A DNA stretch of 64,000 bases from Eledone cirrhosa (Eukaryota). The notes under the pieces are model-generated. The model was given only the letters and a program-made list of their open reading frames with translations, searched no databases and had not been told where the DNA came from. The translations under genes were made by a program, and so were the position numbers. Each line of letters opens with the position of its first letter. The stretch's first letter is position 1. The stretch covers positions 230,764,001-230,828,000 of the forward strand of contig OZ024740.1 in assembly GCA_964016885.1 (NCBI GenBank). Direction: 5' to 3'. Positions 1-13,000 of the stretch are shown here, piece by piece.

Positions 1-844
1 GGTGATTATGAATAAGGTAAAATTGTCCCTTATATAAGCGCTGTGTGAAATGCCGATGAATGAACAAATAAAACATGATCGCTATTAAAATATATTTATT
101 AAATTAATAGCCTGTTACGAGGCTATTATTGACAATGTAATAAAAACCAGACTGGTATATATGCACGTGTGCAAAGATTCAAAAGATGGTATTTACTGTA
201 CTTCTGCAATGAGATGATAGTCGTTTGTCTGGCAGCAAGAGAAACCAAGAGAGAAAGAGACCCACAGGGGTCTGTGTGAGATCTTTTTACTACATCTTAA
301 CTGGTTGAAATCATTTCTGCAACTCCTTACTTTGGCTCTGCAAGACGGCTATTTATCTGTATCACTCATTCTGTCTACAGAATACGAGAATAAGCAGATA
401 GTGGCTTCCATGTCAAAATCACAGACCCAGTGATGTCTAAAAAACGATTATAATAGGAACTTATCTATGAGGCCACAAAAGGTGAACTTTTTAGTGGCCG
501 TTTGATAGAGCAAATGAAACTCTATTGAAGAGAGTATCAAATTACTGCTACATATGTAGATATATATGTATATGTAAGTATGTATGGTATGTCGGTATGT
601 ATATATAGGTATGTATATATGTTGAATTACCAATCTGACAAGCAAATCAATAGTGGAGTCAGCTCTATAGCTTCTACAGATGATCTTGAGCCAAACTTCT
701 GCAAAACACGCGTAACAGGTTGATACACAAGAAAAATCGAAATGCATGTAAATGAAACTTTGTTTTTCTTAGTTTATATAAAGTATACATATGTGTATAT
801 ATATATATATATGTTTGTGAAGGTGTTGGAGTTACAATCATAAT

Positions 845-1520
845 GTCCTTTCTGCTCAGAACAGTAGCCCTCTAGAATTCCCTCACAACTGATTGCCTAA
901 CCTCTCAGGCCCCACACAAACCACTATTATATCCAGTCCTTTCTGCTTAGAACAGTAGCCCTCTAGAAATTCCCTCCCAACTGATTCCCTAACCTCTCAG
1001 GCCCCACAGAAACCACTATTATATCCAGTCCTTCCTGCTGAGAACAGTAGCCCTCTAGAATTCACTCTCCAGCCTATTATCTAAACTCTCAGGCCCCACA
1101 CAAACCACTATTATATCCAGTCCTTTCTGCTTAGAACAGTAGCCCTCTAGAAATTCCCTCCCAACTGATTCCCTAACCTCTCAGGCCCCACAGAAACCAC
1201 TATTATATCCAGTCCTTCCTGCTGAGAACAGTAGCCTTCTAGAATTCACTCTCCAGCCTATTATCTAAACTCTCAGGCCCCACACAAACCACTATTATAT
1301 CCAGTCCTTTCTGCTTAGAACAGTAGCCCTCTAGAAATTCCCTCCCAACTGATTCCCTAACCTCTCAGGCCCCACAGAAACCACTATTATATCCAGTCCT
1401 TCCTGCTGAGAACAGTAGCCCTCTAGAATTCACTCTCCAGCCTATTGTCTAAACTCTCAGGTCATACACTAACCATTATATCCAGTTCAGAATGATGGCC
1501 CTCTAGAACTCACTGCCAGT
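845..1520. repeat. 92-bp minisatellite, ~7 units, alternating A/B variants
   Basis: Unit starts at 845, 936, 1028, 1120, 1212, 1304, 1396. Confidence 0.93.
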
Positions 1521-1953
1521 TCATGCCATTCCTACAGAGTTGACTTGTTTAAATAGAACATCAACAACATTGGTCTCACTGTTCTCGGAGGGTCCAGAAA
1601 AGGTCATGGCCACTGACCCTTCCATCAGACTTATCAGATAGATAAAAAAAAACAAAGAAAACAACTTGGTGATCTAACAATAAATGTAACCAGTACACTA
1701 AGTAAAATGGTTGGAGATAGGTAGGGATTCCAGCTATGGAAATCCAACTAAACAAAGGATTAAGTGGACCCTTCAGCTGTGTCAAACACATGATAAACTT
1801 TCTAGTGCTGGTACCATGATAAAATGCACCCAGTAAACTCTATAAAATAGTTGATAATTGAATGGGCATCCAGTTGTAGAAATCATGCCAATTGTGGTGG
1901 TGATGGTAGTGATCATCATCATCATCCTATACATGAAAGTTATAATTACTTAC

Positions 1954-2073
1954 GCATCAATATTTTCTTTAGCATTTTCAATAGCCTTCTGAGCATCATG
2001 CCCAATATTGAACTTCAATTTAAATGGTTCTTGAATCCCTGCTGCAGGAAGAACAGTATTTTTGTCTTTGGAA
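1954..2073 (-). CDS. CRAT: CRAT exon (SKDKNTV...PFKLKFNIGHDAQKAIENAKENID)
   Basis: Acceptor tttgatttAG, donor GTaagt; 120 nt, phase 2/2; similar to CrAT PKKLRFNI...IEKAKQNL. Confidence 0.88.
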
Positions 2074-3979
2074 CTAAATCAAAAATAAATTTTATAAAAT
2101 ATTATGTCATAACAAGAATAAGATCAAACAATATAAGTTCCTATTCTAACAAGTTCCTATTTGTTTAAGATCTTTCGTTACCATACTACTGATGAAAAAC
2201 ACTGTCTATAATTATTAAATAATTGTGAAAATAAATGTAGCTAACTTTATCATTATTAAGCTGGTGTTTGGAACATAATTTGTAAAAGGGTTTTACCGAA
2301 AAGTTATGATGGAAGTTTTTTGATAAAGCGATGTAGTTAATAGCATGTACATATTACACTGTGCAGCCACTCGAGTTGCAAATGCACTTTTCTGATCAAT
2401 CTGCATCATGGAAACTTAGGTCTGGGAAAATGTGCAACTGCACTCAATACAAATAACCCTTGGTGAGCACTCTGAGTAGGGATTTGCACGATTTATACAC
2501 TCAAATCTTGTCTCTTTCAGTGAGTAATGAGAGCTCCAGGTAGTAGTGACTATTTTTTCCTTATAGTCCTGTTTTAACTATAAACTAAATATAAACACAT
2601 TAAAACAGTTTTATATCATAGAACTAGGGGCAGTTTCAGGCAGTTTCGTATGAATAATGTTAATATTTTTTATACAAGTCTTCGCAGAACTAGTTTTCCT
2701 TCCTGCTGTGCAGTACTTGGTAGCAAACCTTTCAAGTGCAAGTGGAAGATCACTTTCTGACAAGTCAAGTAATACTATGTCACCTGAAAATTCCAACTGA
2801 CTAATTCTACACCTGCCAGTCCTGATACTAATTCTAACCTGACTATGTATGTTGATCCTGTTAAGGAGAGGTGACGGTATGCCTCCTTGGTGGAGTCTGA
2901 TTCACATTGAATGGTTTCAACTTAGCACCACTTATGCAAACACAAATACTAGTGCATTGATATAGAGACATCAGGGCAACAAGAAGCTATTCATTGATCC
3001 TACTCCTGCAGAACCTCCCACAACAGGTCCCATGTAACGCAGTCATATGCTTTTTCAGGTTTTATGAAACAAGCATACATCTCTTGGTAGAACTCCTATG
3101 ATTTCTCAAAGACTGAATCAGCCAGAGAATACCTTCTCTATTTAAGGCTTTTAATATCTCAGGCTAAATTTTATCTGCCCCAGCAGCCTTGCTATATCTG
3201 ACCTCTTTAATTGCTCTGGTGACATCAGCCTCCAGGAGGTTAGTCATCATTCCCAGATGCACATCATGTAAATCAAAAGATTTTCTTGTGACCAGTTTTA
3301 GGAAATTAGCAAAATATTCTCGCTACTTTGCAAGGATGCACCTCTCTGAAGAGAGAAAAACCCCAGTTGCTGATAACAAGCATGGAGGAGATTTCTTATT
3401 ACGAAGTCAATGGATGGTCTGCCAGAATATTTTATTTGCTGATTTGAAGTCAGATTCCAGTCTAACACCAAAGTTCTCCGATTTCGTAATTTTGGATGTA
3501 ATTTCGTAATTTTACTTCCATTGCTGGCCAAAACCAGCTCTGGTTCTATGAAACAAAACAAACCATTTGAAAAGGTTTCTACTCAAAATAAAATCTTCCA
3601 ACATAATTTTATATAAGAATCATAAATTAGGTTACTAGCTTGTAATGAAATAATTAATAATTTTGGCAAATCTCTCAAAATTCCTCATTAATTAATTGAA
3701 ATCGAGTGTATTGAATTAGAAATATGGCCTCAAAAGAATTAAATATTTGTAATCCATTGAGAAAATATACTACAGACTTTCAATATTGAGAGAACTTGTT
3801 CAGGCAGGAAGTGACAATACTCATCTGGGTATATCAAAGTAAAAAGAAAATTACATAATAGCTGTCTGGTGAGGTCCTTTCAATTACATAATTGATACTA
3901 TTGAAATGTATATAACAACAATGTAACTAATTAGATTATATAAGATTCCTGAATACCGTCTTATTCTTCATTATATATA

Positions 3980-4062
<83 letters not shown>

Positions 4063-7000
4063 CATGTAATGTGATCTCTGTACAATGGAAACTCTACAGA
4101 TTATCAGTAGAAGACACCAAGTAATTAACAAATGTGCCGACCTATTTAATACCTGTATGCATAAAACTTTGAAAACTTTCCTGAGAATATACAGTTAGCT
4201 AATTCTGTAAGCATTAACCAGAAAATAATTACTAAAGATATACATCCAATTCATCAATATATAGATACACAGGAATCTCCTTCTCTAATAATTAATACAT
4301 AGCATGTAAATATAAATATGTAGAATTAAGTTGAAACAAATTAACAAACAAATAAATAGATCATTCAGGCCAACTCTATAAAATATATAGCGAGACTGAC
4401 CCCTCTGGTAATTTGATACCTTAACCTACATACAATCCCTAGAATGCCAACAACAATACAGCCTCTTGCTTCCTACTAGAAAAACAATCCTATTCATATG
4501 ACTACTGGACAGCAATGTAAACACAACTCTGAATCAGTAGCATATCAAAAACAAAAACACTACAAATCTCTAACTGTCTGAATAGAATATATCAATGCAA
4601 TGATGGTGTATTAGTTTAATGCTTGAAACCACTGTGACATCTTCGAAATATGTATAACAGAACTATATATTAAACAAAAGATGTACACATAAAATCGTCT
4701 TTCTTCTTCATAATATTGAAACTCTGGTTGCTACCTTATCATTAACATTCTAAGGAATACAAACCGTAGAGTACTTTACATCTGTTTACAAAAAAAGTTG
4801 GCGGATTATCAACCAACTTACAATAATTGAACAATATACATATGTATATATCATCATCGTTTAACGTCCATCTTCCATGCTATCATGGGTTAGACAAGTT
4901 TGTCCCATTTAAAGGCAAATTGGGTTGGGTGACCGTGTCTCGCTCATATAGCACTTTCTGGCTGGTTGCCCTTCCTAGCGCCAACCACATTTACAGTGTG
5001 TGCTTTTTACTGTGTCTTTTACATGACCACTTTACAGTGTGGGCTGGATGTTTTGTGGTACCAACATAACATACACACACACACACACATATTTATATAT
5101 ATATGTGTATATATCATCATCATCACTGTTTAATGTCCATTTTTCCATGCTAGCATGGGTTGACGGGTTGTCCTGTTTGAGGCAAGTTGGGTCAGGTAAC
5201 CATGTCTTGCTTACACAGAACTGTTTCTGGCTTGGTTCCTACAGCTGGATGCCCTTCCTAATGTCAACCATATATATATATGTCACTGGACCGAGACCTT
5301 TGGCGGTACTCAGTAATAGAGAAGACCCGCCTTACCTAAATACAAAGTAAAAACCTACTACAGTCAGTAGGCACCTCTATCAAAACACACCCCCGTCCCT
5401 CCACACCGCCCCTTTCAATGTAAAGTTATGTTGGTCCCACAACATCCAGGCCGAAACAAATGAGATCGTGTAGGTGTCACGACAAAAAACACACAGTCCA
5501 CGCTGTAAATGTGGCCGTGTAGGCAACACGGTAAAAACCTCCCAGCCCCACACTGTAAATGTGGTTGGTGTTAGGAAGGGCATCCAGCTGTAGAAAACCT
5601 GCCAGACAGTCCACGCTGTAATGTGGCCGTGTAGGCAACACGGTAAAAACCTCCCAGCCCCACACTGTAAATGTGGTTGGTGTTAGGAAGGGCATCCAGC
5701 TGTAGAAAACCTGCCAGACAGTCCACGCTGTAATGTGGCCGTGTAGGCAACACGGTAAAAACCTCCCAGCCCCACACTGTAAATGTGGTTGGTGTTAGGA
5801 AGGGCATCCAACTGTAGAAAACCCGCCAGACAGTCCTATGCGAGCAAGACAACCACTCTTGCCTCAAGTGGGAAAACCCCCGTCCAAACCCATGCAAGCG
5901 TGGAACACGGACGCTAAACCTGATGATGATGATGATGATGATATATATATATATATATATATGGTGTGTGTGTGTGTGTTTACATTTACTTACATCAACA
6001 AATAGCAATCTATAAAATAAGGTATTGTGATTGATATGATTGACTAAATCACTCCAACGCAATGCCTCAGCATGGCCCCAATCAAATGAATGAAATCAGT
6101 AAAAGAATAAAAGAGTATACATACCAGTAATCAAGGACATGGTCTATTAGAGACACAAGAACAACACCTTCGGCTGATGTATGTTCATAATTTAAACCAC
6201 TAATACCATCATGACCGACGATTACCTAGAAATACAGACATAAATAAAGACTTTAATCCTTTGATACTAATCCACCTAAAACCACCACATTTCTATGATA
6301 ACAAAACTCTTGTTTTATTAAAACAAGATATATTATATCTATATATATTTGTATACATATATATATATTTATATTGGGGTGATGGGTACAACAAGATGTA
6401 GACTTTATGCTATGACAGCTAAGACAAGATGTAGACACTAAGCTCAGAGGAGAACAAGAGGGTTTTCAAAGCAACTGCTTGAGTGTTGAACAGATCTTTA
6501 CACTGCGCAACATCATTGAGCAGTGCATTGAGCTGTAAAAGCCACTGGCAGTCAACTTCATTGACTTTCAAAAATCATTTGACAGCATTCGAAGGGAGTC
6601 ACTGTGGAACATTGCATGCCTGTATGGCATTCCACAGAGTTTCATCACCATCTTTAAAGGCCTATATGTCAACTCGAGCTGTTGCGTGAGAACCAAATCT
6701 GATACTACATCAGACATCATCTCCAGGATCAGACAAGGCTGCATCCTTTCTTCCCTGTTGTTCTGGCTTGTAGCTGATTTTGTATTGAAAAAGACTGCCA
6801 ACGAAGCCAGTCGGGGATCTTGTGGACAGGGAAAGCAAGGCTGAAGGACCTGTATTTTGCCGATGACATCGCCTTTCTAGTTGAGGACAGTACGAGCCTC
6901 AGGAACTAACAACCTTCTTACAGCTGAATGCCAAGAAGATCGGGCTACAAATCAACACCCAAAACACTGAAGTTATGAAGTTGGAAGACGACCCCGGCCA

Positions 7001-10000
7001 GGTGGCAGCAGTTAAGGTAAACCATAAAGAGCTGGATGAGGTTGACCATTTCACATACCTTGGCAGCATCCTGAGCAACAGTGGCGACATAAAGCTGGAC
7101 ATCAACTGCTGGATTGGAAAAGCGACCAAGGCGTTCCAACGGATGCACTAGATTTGGTCAAATGCAGCCCTCAGCACATAGATCAAGCTGCACTTGTACA
7201 CCAACATTGTACTTCCATGGCCATCTACACCTGCGAAATATGGAAACACACTGCCAAGATGGATAGGCGTCTAAACATTTTCCATCAAAGGTGTCTGCAT
7301 AAGATTCTAAAGGTCACCTGGCGAGATTGGCATAGGAATAAAGAGATCCTACGGAGAGCAACATCACATACATTACAGGAGGTCATCACAGTGTAGCGAT
7401 TCTGTTTTGCAGGTCACATTATCACCTCGCACATCACCTGTCCAAAACGGTGATGATGTGGACTCCCACTAAAGGCAAGTGGAAAAGTGGCCAACTGAAG
7501 ATGACCTAGCAACAGACATTCCAAAGCAACCTACAGAGATGAGCTAAATGTATGTAAGGATAATTACATCATTAGGTGACGGAAATTAAAATTGATGATG
7601 ACGAAATTAAAGTTATCAATGATGAAATTAAAGTTGATGATGACAAAATTAAAATTAACGATGACGAAATTAAAGTTGGCGATGATGAAATTAAAATTGA
7701 CAATGTCGAAATTAAAATTAACGATGACGAAATTAAAGTTGACGATGATGAAATTAAAATTGACAAGGAGGAAATTAAAATTGACGATGACGAAATTAAA
7801 ATTAACGATGACGAAATTAAAGTTAACGATGACGAAATTAAAGTTATCTACGATGAAATTAAAATTGACAATGTCGAAATTAAAATTAAAGTTGACGATG
7901 ACGAAATTAAAGTTATCTTCGATGAAATTAAAGTTGGCAATGACAAAATTAAAGTTGACAATGAGGAAATTAAAGTTGACGATGATGAAATTAAAATTGA
8001 CGATGATGAAATTAAAATTGACGATGACGAAATTAAAGTTGACGATGACAAAATTAAAGTTATGGATGACGAAATTAAAATTGACGATGACAAAATTAAA
8101 ATTGACAATGAGGAAATTAAAGTTGACGACAACAAAATTGATGTTAGTGATCATGAAAAAGTTGGCAATGATGAAGTTAAAGTTGATGATGATGAGTTAT
8201 AGTGCTCCAACGCATTGAACTAGAACTAGTATTACCAATCAGGAGTCAAAAACGAAAATGGGGCAAACATTATAAATCGGTGGAATTACGAAGGTGATTG
8301 AGGGGATCTGACAAGATAAGTATCGGATTTTGATCAGAAGTATATGAGAAGAAAGTCGTGAAATCAACTGTTTGTTTACATGCAACAACATAGGCTTTAC
8401 ATAAATATTTAAAAAATTGACCAAAAAAAAGATTCATTTTCAAATACCTGAAAGAAAAAAGAAAAATGGATACTAATAATTTGTGTAATTTGGCAGGATT
8501 TGATCTCAGAGTGTAGAGAGCCAAACAGAATACCACAAAACTTTCTATCTGACATTCACTCTGACATGACTCTGCTGATTCACTGCATTAAAAACGAGTA
8601 AAAATACTATAATTAGCATAAAGTAGTGTAAATAATACGGCAGAGTCATTAGAACGTCAGATAGAATGCTTTGTGGTATTCATTCCAGCTCCCTTCTCTC
8701 TGAATTCAAATGCTGAGGTCAACTTTGTCGTTCATCCATTTGAGGTAAATAAAAAAGTACCAGTCTAGTACTGGGGTCGATTCTTCCTCTATATCTCTTC
8801 CTCCTTCTCTGGAAGAACGCTGCTGTACTCAGGCCTGGAGAAAGAGGGGCTCCGCCAGGTTTACAACTGCCCTAATAAATGCTGTATATCAAGATGGCAC
8901 CCCTACAACTCCCTCAGGAGTTACAGGTAAAGAAGTATAGTTAATATGAATCATTGAGATATGTAATAAATAACTGATAAGTTTCTAAAAGCCGGGACAA
9001 TGCAGTAAAATATATAAAGGGCAAAGGATAACAAATAAAACAAAATAAAGTAATATTTTACCCAGTGTATTTTAACATGACATTTCAGGACTATTACCCT
9101 CTTTTCAAATGTGAAACAGAAACAGTTCAAAACAAAAACAAACAGTCAATGTATTCTTTCCTAACTGGTCTGCGTATCCGTTTCACAATTGTAAAGAGAG
9201 TAATATACTGGGTAAAATATTACTTTGTTTTATTTTATTTGTCATCCTTTGCCCTTTATATATTTCTACTGCAATATACCAACCTTTTAAACTTATCACT
9301 ATAATTAGCAGCCAAGTTACCTGTAAAGTTTTATCAAACCATCTGTTCCCACTATTCATTTCACTTCCTCCTCCATGAAGCATCATTCCACCAGCTGTAG
9401 ACATTTTCTGGATTGGATCATTTATTGATGGCATAGGTTTATCCAAACATATCACAAAAAGACTATTTTGAATCAATTGCAAAGAGAGTTGGTTCTTTTT
9501 ATCTGAAATAAAAGGAAAATAAGAGCACATCTAGAGTCTACTGACTTTAGTGAACCAACAAAGAAACAGCTACACATCATTGTAGAAGTGTTCAACCAAT
9601 TGTTTTTATTTTTGTATAGATGGTATCTTACAAAACTGTTCATATAAAAATACAACACACTATTAACTCATTAGTTACCAACCTGGCCAAAACCAGCTCT
9701 GGTCCTATGATATAAAACCACCCATTTTAAACGGTTTCTATTTAACCCTTTAGTTACCAACCCGGCCAAAACCAGCTCTGGTTTGATGAAATAAAACCAC
9801 CCACTTTAAAGGGTTTCTATTCAAAGAAAGAAAAAAATATTTAGTCTCTGCACCCTCTGTAAGAAATAACTTCAACACCAGAAAGTGATGTATTATCATC
9901 ATCATCATCATCATCGTTTAACGTCCATCTTCCACACTAGCATGGGTTTAGACGGGAATTGTCCCACTTGAGGCAAGATTGGTCGCTCGCTCGTATGGGA

Positions 10001-13000
10001 CTGTCTGGCAGGTTTTCTACGGCTGGATGCCCTTCCTAACACCAACCACATTTACAGTGTGGGAGGTTTTTACCGTGTTACCTACACGGCCACATTACAG
10101 CGTGGACTGTGTATTTTTTTGTTGTGACACCTACACGACCGCATTTATTTCGGACTGGATGTTGATGGGGGTGGGGGAGTGAGAGAGGGGTGTATATTTG
10201 ATTAAGAGGTGCCTACTGTAGGTTTCGCTTTGTACTTAGGCAAGGTGGGTTTTCTGTATTACTGCGTAGCGCCAAAGATCTCGGTCCAGTGACATTGTCT
10301 TAGAGAGGTGTAAGTGTGTAAGGTCGGAATTTATCAAATCGTCCCAGGTTTTTCTGGGTTTGCCTACTCCGTAACTTCTGTCAATTTTGATTGCCCTGCA
10401 CTTTTTTATACAGCTGTCGTCTTTCATGCGCATCACATGACCATACCAACGTAGTCTTCTCTCGAGTAAACAACATCTGATCCCTCTTATTCCTAGTTTC
10501 TCACTTAGTTCATTTATGCTTTGCCGTTCACGTATATTACTATTACACATCCAGCGGAGTATGCATGCTGTTCCTCTCCAGTCTACGCAGATCCTCTGCA
10601 CACAATGCCCAGGTCTCACTGCCATGTAACATAGCTGTTCGTATGCAGGCATCATACAGCCTGCCTTTCATTTTTAGAGAGAACCCTTTAGTGGGTAATA
10701 GTGGTATAAGCTCTCTGAACTTTTTCCATCCCGTTCTGACTCTGGCTACTGTACTTTCTGAGCACCCTCCACCACTGCTGATTTTGTCACCCAGGTAACG
10801 GAAGGTGTCCACTATTTCTATAGAGCCAGTATTATGTCTTCATAAACTTCAAGAATGCATTCAATAGGGTCTGGCATGATGTTCTATGGGTCACCGTGAT
10901 GAAATTATACATGGAGCAAAAGTTCACTGCACAGTCAATGACTAAAATAATTGTTTCTACTTTTGGCACAAGGCCAGCAATTATCCCAGTGCATTACTGA
11001 TACTTTATTTTATCGACCCCGTAAGGATGAAAGGCAAAGTTAACCTCGGCAGGATTTGAACTCAGATCAGAAAGGGGCGTAACTCTGTGCTGCAAGGCAT
11101 GTTGTCCGACCCTCTACCGATACTGCCAAACCACCAATGACTAAAATAATGAAGCTCAAACAAATATGGAAAGATAAGAAGAGAACCATGAAGAACTAGA
11201 TCAAATTCCTGCCTGCACTGATGTTCTCCATCTTCCTGTACATACATAGACATACACCTCACTTAAGAGATACACATAAGACATAGACCTCACTGAAGAG
11301 ATACAGGTATACACATAAGATATAGACCTCACTGAAGAGATACAGGTGTACATATGTGACATAGACCTCACTGAAGAGATACAGGTGTACACATGAGATA
11401 TAGACCTCACTGAAGAGATACAGGCACTAGAAATGGGATGCTACCACAACATCATAGGCATCTCATACATAGAACATATAAAAAATGAGCAGGTAAGCAA
11501 AACAGCCCAATATCATATAGGCACCTGACAAAGACTTTCTCACAATAGTGAAGATAAGAAAGCTGAGATGGCATGGCCATTTTACACGATCCAGTGCTTT
11601 TCCAAAGACCATCCAACAGGGAATTGTGGAGGGAGAAGAAAGAAAGATGGTCAAAGATAAAAGATAGACAGACAACTTTAATGAGTTGACAGGAAAATTA
11701 TTAGCAGAAACATGAGATCTGATTCACCATTGTAACAAATGCAGAAGATTGGTGCATAGCATGCCATAACAACAGTGCCCCTACAATTCCATCTCTGTTT
11801 AGGTATTTCTTGGTCTTCCGCTTCATTGACTTCCTTCCACCTGAAACTCCTGATACTATTCAAAGCGTCCTTACTTTACTTAAGACTGTAGGATGTAATT
11901 TGAGGGAGATATGGCTGTTTTGTCTAAAAAGTTGAAGGACCATATAGAGGCATGTTTCCTTATGCAAAAATTAATGGTTTCTGATTTGAGCACAAGGCCA
12001 AGAATTTTGGGGGAGGGGAAAGTCGATTAAATTGATCCTAGTGCATTACTGGTACTTTATTGTATCAACCCCGTAAGGATGAACTGTAAAGCTAACCTTG
12101 GCAAGATTTAAACTCAGAACATAAATATATGCCAGAAAGCATGTTGGTTGATGCTCTACCAACACTGACAGTCCATTGCCTAATGCAAAAATAATATGTA
12201 TTGCCTAAAGGCAAAATAGAATGGTAGCATCAAGTTTTGAATCTCTGATTAAACAATTGCTAGTCTTTACAAATTCTGAAGAAAATGAAAAATACCTTTC
12301 ATCATCTTCTTATAGACTTTAGCCCACACATTTCGGTTTTCCGTAGTTAAAATTCCAATAGGTGAAGTAGGATGCTTAGATCCAGATTTGATAATCTTCA
12401 GTTGTTTATAAATTTGTTCAGGATTCAGGGGTTTGTTCTTCTTGCCATATACTTGCAGGGAAAATAACTAAAATATAAAGAAATATAGTTTACATGAACC
12501 ACTGGGAGACATGAGGTTAGAATTGTTTTAGGAAAGCTGATTCAATACAAATTAGAAATACAAAGATTGAAAACTAGAGTGGTCCTAAGCTTGAAATATC
12601 ATGAAACATAAGGTAAAAGTGTAAACTGTTGTTTCGTTTTTTTTTTTTCTTTTTTACTTTACTCAAGTTTTCACTCTTGTATTTATAATAATAATAATAA
12701 TGAAATTATTGTGTACAGTGCTCAGGTGTACTACAACTCATCAAAGGTGCATGTATAGTACATAGAATAATGTACAAATGTCAGTAAAATGAACATTGTA
12801 TGAGTCATGATATAATAATAATAATAATAATGAAATATTGTGTACAGTGCCCAGGTGCACCACAACTCATCAAAAAGTGCATGTACAGTACATAGGGCAT
12901 GTACAGTACATAGGGCAATGCACAAACATCAGTAAAATGAACAGTGCACGAGTCATGATACACACATGCCAGAAGTCAACTGGTAGATAGAATCAGCAAT

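Noticed and set aside
845-1520. CRISPR-like periodicity
   Set aside because: Contiguous tandem units without unique spacers, no cas genes, eukaryotic intron.
9663-9825. TTAACCC-started ~78-bp duplicated unit (related to ~3520-3590) as a piggyBac-like MITE
   Set aside because: No convincing matching opposite TIR or target duplication found.
11245-11428. CTGAAGA in each 39-bp unit as a hammerhead core
   Set aside because: No GAAA core, stem III or stem I partner in the unit.
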